This document shows positions 54,401 through 64,000 of a DNA stretch of 64,000 nt, piece after piece (the stretch's first letter is position 1; every line of letters starts with the position of its first letter). Made by a program: the position numbers and the translations under genes. The DNA lies in contig OZ024742.1 in NCBI GenBank assembly GCA_964016885.1, positions 84,072,001-84,136,000 on the forward strand, read 5' to 3'. The DNA is from Eledone cirrhosa. Taxonomy: Eukaryota. The notes beneath the pieces are model-generated. The model was not told the origin of the DNA. It worked only from the letters and a program-made list of their open reading frames with translations, and did no database searches.

Positions 54401-54576
54401 ACGGTAACATAGACAACATAGAAATTAGAATAATATCTAAACATAGGAATGACCCAGCAGATAGGCAAATCAGAGAGGCCAGTGAAATAGAAATTAGAAG
54501 ACCAAAGCTAAACAGAAAGAATGAGTGGAACAACAACAACACCCAAACAAACAACACTGACCTAAGAGAAGTATAA
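51412..54576 (+). CDS. PLE polyprotein: Asn-rich insert, reverse transcriptase, Cys linker, GIY-YIG endonuclease (5'-truncated)
   Basis: PTDKSGR, LYGLRKDHK, TRPVCGA, MDVVSLYPSI, GAAIG, YSRYVDD, LPVLD, CTNRKCIIC, VVYSIRC...YIGETAR..ERIDQH, REA..I..PKLN. The frame stays open upstream (RRETKYAQNECCRHFKKKLEW) to the inversion junction near 51347. Confidence 0.95.
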   Translation: MNKKKLQERKIEYSQKYPDNIDNIRMSDVKLPEEFTNDHTVNIYGNTLISEQEQQILKLPPKFAIYKKINPMECKTELEKCFTKIRWNAKVNNNNNNNGSSNINNNSGYRNNSHNHNNGRKVRNSDNGNNTSDRQNNNNHNNNNNRNVNHRHSNSDHSSNNGNNTNNNNNNNHSGNNGNSTCSNINKNKKHNNSNNHNGRNSSNNNNNNGEVNNNTSSNHNNNNINANDRNNNNHHDNNNSNTHNYDDRNNDNPLEKLFFNPADKTYKMGNIYPTRLPFNKRVCIPQQIDDETEAQFTIARNKIRQVVDRYTMRQSRPEAQQLGIKPVEGLVSLKQRTRDGEVVCLPTDKSGRMSIDSMPNYIEAMQPHITNTSEVAQLTHDGREKILNAHMMMWTDILKPSRRTANNFQASNNGIPPLYGLRKDHKTVDDPTTGPPTRPVCGANIASNYRISYFLSMVIRPIIKMSPDVCESTEDLLSRISECNKNRSLSNCIIGSMDVVSLYPSINIDFAVKRCVEMIIESEVEFCDVDTDELGLLLRLTYDTDYLDSHDLRRFCPSRPIRGRPPTITSMAKKTPIGRWIGWTKAIRTPQNTDQVRKMVAHAIGASIKTTLKGHIFKFNEKIYTQNEGAAIGVSIAGDVANLFMVWWERRLKDLLNESSIDLIMYSRYVDDINIVIRTPPLESTNKFDLERSTMESIQQIANSIHQSITVTIDFPSKHPNNRLPVLDTELWINTIDERAQILHSHYAKPMASKYLILKNSAMSSSAKFNILIADLVRVMKNVSSMCDPTEMEGHIQHFINRMQFSGYNQRDRVRVYEGAMEKYKTLIELDMKGICPLYRSKSWNSLDRARHKIGKATSWYDNQRYQSVMFVDATPGGKLANQCRKALRKTHLKIKVVEKPGTTIKSLISKTYPFKKTHCTNRKCIICKVNPRINRKTRNVVYSIRCTEGTCRNMTTTYIGETARSIGERIDQHWGELKGRKNGSVLYEHARQQHDGNIDNIEIRIISKHRNDPADRQIREASEIEIRRPKLNRKNEWNNNNTQTNNTDLREV

Positions 54577-54840
54577 ATAAGTAAATAAAATAAAATAAAA
54601 TAAGATAAATAAATACATACACAAGCACATAAACACACACTAGTCACCCAGCAGACACAACACTATACACACTAGTCACACATCACACATAACACTATAC
54701 ACACACGCAAACGCATGCGCAAAGAAGACAAAATAAAATAAGATAAACAAACAAGCAAATAAATAAATAAATATATAGACAGACTGAACAAAAAAAATGG
54801 CGTAGACATACAACACAACAGGAGGAACAATGAATATAAC

Positions 54841-54895
54841 ACCACTGACGATGTTGCAGATGTGCAACGAAAGATTTATGTAAATTATGTAAACT
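54841..54895 (+). ncRNA. Hammerhead-like core without an evident stem I
   Basis: CTGACGA-tGTTGCA gatg TGCAAC-GAAAG...CTA; the related copy on the minus strand at 55774-55820 has CTGATGA and the same stem II. Confidence 0.55.
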
Positions 54896-55094
54896 ATATA
54901 TATGTGTTTGTGTCTATATTGTATCTGTATTATTTTTGACCGCCGGTCAGTCAATGGCAACATTGAGGACCGAGTAAGTTAGATCGCAGATATATATATA
55001 TAAAAGACAGCGAGAAGCGAAAACCAACCAAACAGTGAGTGTGTTCTGTTATTAATTCTGGCAATATTACGCAAATATGACCCTCCCCAAATAT

Positions 55095-55202
<108 letters not shown>

Positions 55203-55432
55203 GTATATATATAGTAATAATAATACATTTGAAGACTAAAATCCAAAGAGGGCTCGATAAGGATAAATATATATCAAATATATAAGAACCGTAGAGCAAA
55301 TATTTATTTAAATAACAGATTAAAGTTATCTGAGTTCACAGATAGAATTTGTTAGTTTCAGAAGATCCCGTTAAGGGTTAAAGCAGCGATTCTTTGCTTC
55401 CACTTTAATCTGTTATTTTAATAAATAAATAA

Positions 55433-56150
<718 letters not shown>

Positions 56151-56399
56151 ATATATATCTATCGAAGGCAGGGTAGACACACAATAATTAAAAATATAAA
56201 TTAAAATGTATATAAATTAAATGTATATAACACACGCGTGTGTTACCTTTTCAAATTATTGTATTTTAAAGAGCTCAGGATTCATTTTCCTTTGAGCACA
56301 TTATTGACATTATTGAGTCGATGTATGTCTCCGTTTATTTATCGTGATATATATATATTTGTGTACTTGTATATGTATCTATGGGCATATGTATGTATG

Positions 56400-56458
<59 letters not shown>

Positions 56459-56504
56459 ATGTATATGTATGTACGTACATATGTGTTTATATATGTTTGT
56501 GTGT

Positions 56505-56566
<62 letters not shown>

Positions 56567-56922
56567 TATAAATTATGTCCTTAGAATCATATGATAAGTT
56601 ATATACTCAATTTCCTCTCCCAATTAGCATAATCAACCACACAAAAAAACCCAATTAAACCAGGCTATAAGGTTAAAAGACACATATGAAGAAACAATAG
56701 ATAAATAAACGATAGCCATCTATTCGCTATCAACAGCCATAGAATATTTACCCAGCATTTCAATAGCACGTGGAAATCGATTAAATATATCGTCAACCAT
56801 ACACAATTAGGTATAAAATTAAAGTTAGAAGAAAATGCATATACACATACCCACTATCCAGTGAATTTCCAACCGATAAGGTATGATTTTCCTGGGTATG
56901 TTTATATTTATAGAACAAACTT

Positions 56923-56990
56923 TGTATTTTATCTGATGAAAGCGTACCAATGTTGCCTTGGTACCCTTGAAATATATATAATAAAATACA
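56923..56990 (+). ncRNA. Type I hammerhead ribozyme
   Basis: TGTATTTTAT-CTGATGA-AAGcGTACCAA tgttgcc TTGGTACcCTT-GAAATATATATA-ATAAAATACA: 10-bp stem I. Confidence 0.85.
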
Positions 56991-57615
56991 TATGGTTTTA
57001 TAAATATAGTTTCCATTTATTTAATATCATTGTATATATATATATATATGTATGTGTATATATATATGTGTGTGTATGTACCTATATGTATGTTTGTTGA
57101 GTGTGCCTGGCTGTGTGTGCGTGCGTGTATGTGTGTGTACGTGTGTAAGTGGGCGCGTGTATGTGTGTGTACGTGTGTAAGTGGGCGCGTGTGTGAATGT
57201 GCTTGTCGACACTTGGAATATATATTAAGAGAAATTTCACAATAAGGGGAAGCACCCCAATACTTGAATCTGTTTATAGAACCCTTTCTGCTTTGTCACC
57301 CTTATTTCAGCCTTAAAGAATTAGCTTCTAAAGAATTTCCCTTTTCTTTAAACCAATGAACCCCACCCATCCTGTCGACACCTGTCTTACAGGCATTGTT
57401 AGTTTAAGAGATAAGCAAGGATTGGTATTCCAATTTTAAATTTGTTTATAGTATTGTTTCTGCCTTTGTTAATATTATAGCTTTAAAGAATTAGCTTTTA
57501 ATGAACTCCCTTTTCTTTAACTCTATCAACCATTGACCTCCACTCATCCCAATCCCCACCCTCTCATACTACCAGAAAAAAAAAGATATAAATACCACCA
57601 TTTACTTGGACAGCC

Positions 57616-57666
57616 AGCTTCCTAATGATTTCTCACGAACGAAACAGTTCTAGTCCTGTAGAAGCT
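57616..57666 (+). ncRNA. Hammerhead motif (G5A in this copy)
   Basis: AGCTTC-CTAATGA-tTTC tcac GAAc-GAAACAG..CTGTA-GAAGCT, immediately before (TA)n. Confidence 0.65.
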
Positions 57667-57674
57667 CTTCTATA

Positions 57675-58890
<1,216 letters not shown>

Positions 58891-59244
58891 TATTGGAAGA
58901 TGATTCTATTAGTAGAAATGGGGGAGGGAGTTGTGTGTGTGTGTGTATGGGTGTATGTGTGTGTGTACGAGTATGTTAAGATGGAGAGAATATATATTTT
59001 GTGTGTGTGTATATATGTGTGTAGGAAAGTGGTTCTATTAGTAGAAATGGGGGAGGGAGTTGTTATGTGTGTGTATGGGTGTTATGTGTGTGGGAGTATG
59101 GTTAGCATGTTAAGATGAAGAGAATATATATATATATATTGTGTGTGTGTGTAGGAAAATGATTCCTTTAGTAGGAATATTTTTGAATGAACATATTTTC
59201 CTTACTTATTCGTATTTGTTCTGTTGTATATATATATATATATA

Positions 59245-59444
59245 TAAGACTTGGCTGAAAATTTGTTAGGCTGACCAATATATTCTCATGGAGTAACCAA
59301 ATGAAGTATATTTTTCAATATAGAATCTGGAAAAGAAACAATGCATTCATTAAGAAGAAAAGATCTGAAATTAATGCATCTAGATTTCACAGCGCTAGCA
59401 TTACTCCTTCATAGTCAGTCTATGAACTTTGCAGCCGATCCTCG
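59245..59444. mobile_element. Mariner-type MITE, second copy
   Basis: Colinear with 24709-24904; ends in CTCG-TA. Confidence 0.7.
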
Positions 59445-60152
59445 TAAATTGTAATAATATTGTACTCTACGTCAACTCGTAAATTGTAATAATATTGTAC
59501 TTTCCGTGCAGCCTATACTTGAGATTGGGGGAGGGCAATTGCGCTTTACGGGTTTGTACCGAATTGCATCTATAATTCAGCGTCCTTCTTTGTATTGTTG
59601 TCATTACTTTGGCCGGGACGTTTAGTTTCCATAGTTAGGCCCAACGGCCTTGTCTGAAATATCCATTTGAAAGAATTGTTTTTTTTTGCAGTCGCGGCTG
59701 CGCATGTGTTGTTTTATTGTTGTTCTTGTTGTTGTTGCTGTTGTTGTTGTTGCCGTTGCTGGTGAACATATTAAACTCCGAACTGTAAACAATTTCTTAT
59801 GTTCCTACACACACAGAAAATAAAAGGATTATTATCAAGCATTATTGTGTAAGGGATACACAAATTTGATTGATGATATCGCATTTTCTATATTCTGAGC
59901 AGGTTATTGCTCCTCCTTTATCTCTATGAAGAGTTCAAGAACCATGTTATATATAGCTAATGATATTATATATATATGTGTGTGTGCGTTAAGTATTTAC
60001 GTAGAAATTGTAAAGGAAAGAAGACTGCTCTATGAATAGTACAGAGTTATTTAATTATATATATATATAGTAATAATAATAAAATTGAAGACTAAAATCC
60101 AAAGAGGGCTCGATAAGGATAAATATATCTCAAATATATAAGAACCGTAGAG

Positions 60153-60183
<31 letters not shown>

Positions 60184-60186
<3 letters not shown>

Positions 60187-60850
60187 TTAGTTATACTATT
60201 TATGGTTATGTAAATACAAAACCTTATGCAGTTATAAGTATTTTACACACACCCTAAATAGTGGTAGGCAGTAATGTATTACTACCTTATTACCAGTAAG
60301 TTAAGTAGCTCAATGTAAAAACATCAGATGATTTACAGAGCAGTTATATGAAATATAAGAATCAAAGAACTGTTCAAAACATTATTGTGCTTACAGCTGT
60401 TTCCTCCAAACCGAGGTTTGGATTCTTCGGAGCAATTTATTAATGCATGGACAGTTATATGACCTCCTTTTCAGCCGAGAGACATACCGATACATATTCA
60501 AACATTGATACATATTCAAACATTGTGGGTCAACATTCATTACAGAATTTAGAGTGGCAGTACACACTTCGAGATTACATTTATATTAAGAGGTACAATC
60601 AAAAATCAAAATACAGGTTAAAATACAACATGAAGATAAGCGGTTATATAGTGCAAATGTTATATGTGTGGCACGCATGTGCGTCTTGTTTATATAGTGT
60701 GGCAGAGAGATATGTCTCTCGGCTGAAAAGGAGGTCATATAACTGTCCATGCATTAATAAATTGCTCCTAAGAATCCAAACCTCGGTTTGGAGGAAACAG
60801 CTGTAAGCACAATAATGTTTTGAACAGTTCTTTGATTCTTATATTTCATA
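60184..60850 (+). mobile_element. Non-coding fold-back PLE cassette with two hammerheads
   Basis: 60345-60486 is inverted at 60711-60850; (TA)n on both sides. Confidence 0.85.
60388..60434 (-). ncRNA. Hammerhead motif, CCGAAGA core
   Basis: Reverse complement TGCT-CCGAAGA-aTCCAAAC ctcg GTTTGGAg-GAAACAGCTGTA-AGCA; the plus-strand twin at 60763-60809 has CCTAAGA. Confidence 0.75.
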
Positions 60851-60869
60851 TATATATATATATATATAT

Positions 60870-61526
60870 TAGAAAGTGAGGTTTTTTTTACAAAATGAAA
60901 AATAACCGAGGTGTCCTACACGAGTGAAAGTATAAAGAAAAAGAGATGAAATCGAAAATGCAATTGGAGTCTTATTTTTTTAAAAATATATATATTTATT
61001 TGGTTCCTTTACCGGTTTCGCAGTTCTTCTGCTTTTCAAAAGGTGAGTTGAGATGGAGGGTCTGTGGTTTTTCTCACATCTGGTTGGTCTCTGAATGTTA
61101 CTTGTTTTATATGGAAAAAGTGGCTCGAAATGCCAGGTTTTTCGAGAAGTAATTTGATTGGTTTGTCAATAATTATAATAAATTTCGCGCCAAGAAATTC
61201 AAACACTCATATATGAAAAAAACAACCTGTGACAAACCCCCCTCTTATTTGAAGAACTATTGTAACGCGAACTGGCGCGAAATTTATTAAAATTATTGAC
61301 AAACCTATCAAATTACTTCTCGAAAAACCTGGCATTTCGAGCCACTTTTTCCATATAAAACAAGTAACATTCAGAGACCAACCAGATGTGAGAAAAACCA
61401 CAGACCCTCCATCTCAACTCACCTTTTGAAAAGCAGAAGAACTGCGAAACCGGTAAAGGAACCAAATAAATATATATATTTAAAAAAAAAATAAGACTCC
61501 AGTTGCATTTTCGATTTCATCTCTTT

Positions 61527-61533
<7 letters not shown>
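60870..61533 (+). mobile_element. Non-coding fold-back PLE cassette with two hammerheads
   Basis: About 60931-61192 is inverted at 61273-61533; HHRs at 61006-61043 (-) and 61422-61459 (+). Confidence 0.85.
61422..61459 (+). ncRNA. Minimal hammerhead, U3-A8 variant, 38 nt
   Basis: CCTT-TTGAAAA-GCAG aagaa CTGC-GAAACCGGTA-AAGG: all three stems pair, palindromic ACCGGT, GUA triplet; degraded copy at 61695-61732. Confidence 0.88.
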
Positions 61534-61596
<63 letters not shown>

Positions 61597-61839
61597 TTAT
61601 AAGCCTTTGTGCTCTTGCATCTTTGTGTTTGTTTTATTTATTTGTTAGTGTATCTGAGATGCGTGAAAAACCACAAACCCTCCATCTTAATTCTACTTTT
61701 GAAAAGCATAAGAACTGTGAAACCGGTAAAGGAAATAAATAAATATTCTTAAAAAGACTCCAGTTGCATTTTCCATTTCTTTTCCTTATACCCGTGTAGG
61801 ACATCTAATTTTCTTTTATAAAAAAAACCCTAATTTTCT

Positions 61840-61952
<113 letters not shown>

Positions 61953-62307
61953 TATATATAAAATATATATATAAAATCCACCAGGATTTTTTCATTCTGA
62001 TGATTGAAAGCAAAATTTTTTTGCTTTTAAGAAACCGCTGGAAATAATTGCCTTATGTTGTTTATTACATAACTATTAAGCTCTGTTATCTACATAGAGC
62101 ACTCTTTTTTCCTGGACTTTTCCGACGGAATTACTTCACATATATATATATAGATAGGCAGATCTCACACAATGCAGCTTCGACAGATGAATACTGGTTG
62201 ATTATGGCTGACAACTGATGCAATCAAGACACCATAGTGGAAAACCAATATATGGAACATTATATTATGTAATATTCTCTCATTATTTTAATTTATATTC
62301 CTTTGAA

Positions 62308-62427
62308 GTTCCGATGAGCCGCTCTGTCTTTTAAATATGTTCATTATTTTCAACTGAACCAGATCAATTATGATATATAGTCATCTGATCCAGAAATATC
62401 ATATGGAGTAGCGAAACAAGTGTAAAC
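62308..62427 (+). ncRNA. Hammerhead motif, CCGAUGA core, long stem II
   Basis: GTT-CCGATGA-GCCGCTCT...GGAGTAGC-GAAACAAGTGTA-AAC. Confidence 0.55.
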
Positions 62428-62854
62428 GGACATTATTATTATTAAGTACCAGTAATACACTGGTTAGTTGCTGGCCTTGTGCCAAAAGTAGAAACAATTA
62501 TTATTAATATTATTATTATTATTATTATTATTATTCTCTACATTCCTTACATCAAACTAAAATATGTTGACAACCTTTTAATAATGTCTTCCTTGTGAAA
62601 TTTGTGGTCTTGTTTTGCTTAACTAATGAATATATATATATATATATATATAATACCACGCGGTGCTTCGCACAATATATGGTACTGCCCCCACTCAATG
62701 CTACCTGGGGTTAAACAGATGCCGAGTATATATATATTCGAAATTTGTCTAAATATTAATTGGAACAGAGGCAGTGGATTGCTAGTATCGGTAGAGCTTC
62801 TGACAAAATTCTTTCTGGTATTTAGTTATGACGATCTCTGTTCAAATCACCACG

Positions 62855-63328
62855 AAGGGCTGGCAGTATTACTCCCTCTGGTGGCGGTATTGAAAGAGGG
62901 TGTGTGGTGGACTAGATTGAAAAGACTGAGGAGAGGCACTTTTCTCTTCGGCCAATCACTGTGGGGAGAGTGGGTGGGGAGAGAAGTGCTTCCCCCAGTA
63001 CATTTTGCTAAAAGGTGGGTGAATGTGGCGAGAATGGCATGTGTGAATGAGCCTACTCCGAGCATACGCTTGTAAACTGTTTTTTTGAAAAGGACAGGGG
63101 TGCCCTTCCCTGGGGTTCTCTAAGCGTAGGGTGGTTCAGGATTTGTAGGGTACCTGAGTCGCCCCTGGGTGGTTTTTCCCATTATTGGGAACGTAATTTG
63201 TTATAATTTTCTTGTTATTTTGTTATCCTTATTTATATTTTTTACACGCTATATATGTAAACTCCTACTGACCCTGTCTATTGTATTGTCGACTATATGT
63301 CGGCCCTTGAGGCCAATAAATGAATATT
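62855..63328 (+). mobile_element. Tx1/L1-like LINE 3' fragment between SINE sequences
   Basis: VAVLKEGVWWTRLK...RWVNVARMACVNEPTP-stop, T-rich UTR, AATAAA at about 63315; homologous to 4535-4720. Confidence 0.45.
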
Positions 63329-63329
63329 A

Positions 63330-63535
63330 GTGATAGATTGGCAGTATCTGTAGAGCGTTGGACACATAATTTGCGGCATAGAGTTACGGCTCTTTACAGT
63401 CTTAGTTCAAACACAGTCGAGGTAGCTTTGCCTTTCATCCTAAAGAGGTCGCTAAAATAAAAGCACCAGGGTCGATTTAATCGACTTTCCTTTCCCCTTC
63501 AAATTGCTGGCCTTGTACCTAAGGTAGAAATAATT
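63330..63535 (+). mobile_element. SINE family A variant
   Basis: GATTGGCAGTATC head, GTTCAAA, GCCTTTCATCC core, TTGCTGGCCTTGT tail. Confidence 0.75.
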
Positions 63536-63880
63536 ATTTTGTTTCTAAACTCTACGTCAACAATATAAACATCAGTTGCAAAAGCAGCAGTAACAACAAC
63601 AACAATAAAAACAGCAGCAGGAGTAGCAACAGTATCAGTACCAACAACAACAACAACAACAACAACCAAAATCCAAAATATCGAGCAGCAGGAGAGGAAT
63701 TTGATTGGCCACCACTCACAAATTATATCACCTTGTATGCCGCCGCCACCACCGACAAACGAGTGAACACTTCCACCACATTCACCGTCACCACGACAAC
63801 TGGCAACACCACCAGGACAACAACAAATATTATTACACAAATAACAAAAACAGCAGCAGAAGTATTACTTGAGGTTGTGA

Positions 63881-63915
<35 letters not shown>

Positions 63916-63928
63916 ATAGTAGTAGTAA

Positions 63929-63984
<56 letters not shown>

Positions 63985-64000
63985 CCTTCAATATTTGCTT

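Noticed and set aside
51586-54647. Hydrophobic antisense ORFs over the PLE
   Set aside because: They are shadow frames of the AAC-rich coding strand.
55350-55405. Possible hammerhead CAGAAGA-tCCC gttaa GGGt-TAAAGCA..TGCTT
   Set aside because: Two core mismatches and no convincing stem I; at best a dead remnant.

Overview
AT-rich, microsatellite-dense animal DNA with no recognisable host gene. The SINEs and repeat landscape resemble a cephalopod such as Octopus (inference, from memory of those families). Nearly all interpretable content is retroelement-derived: one long-ORF Penelope-like element (PLE; RT plus C-terminal GIY-YIG, 51412-54576), three more decayed PLEs, a near full-length CR1/L2-group LINE, RTE-, R4/Dong-, HERO- and Tx1-like fragments, two tRNA-derived SINE families and two mariner-type MITEs. 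The main structure not shown by the ORF track is about 22 type I hammerhead ribozyme (HHR) motifs from roughly 14 sequence families, read by eye on both strands. Almost all lie a short distance upstream of a (TA)n tract, many inside asymmetric fold-back cassettes. Two loci hint at circular or concatemeric, self-cleaved RNA templates: a non-coding 530-bp HHR unit present as about 1.25 tandem copies, with an inverted arm starting at the predicted cleavage site (50390-51112), and a unit-length PLE with only a 6-bp terminal redundancy (43170-47454). All pairings and alignments were done manually; no searches or folding programs were run.
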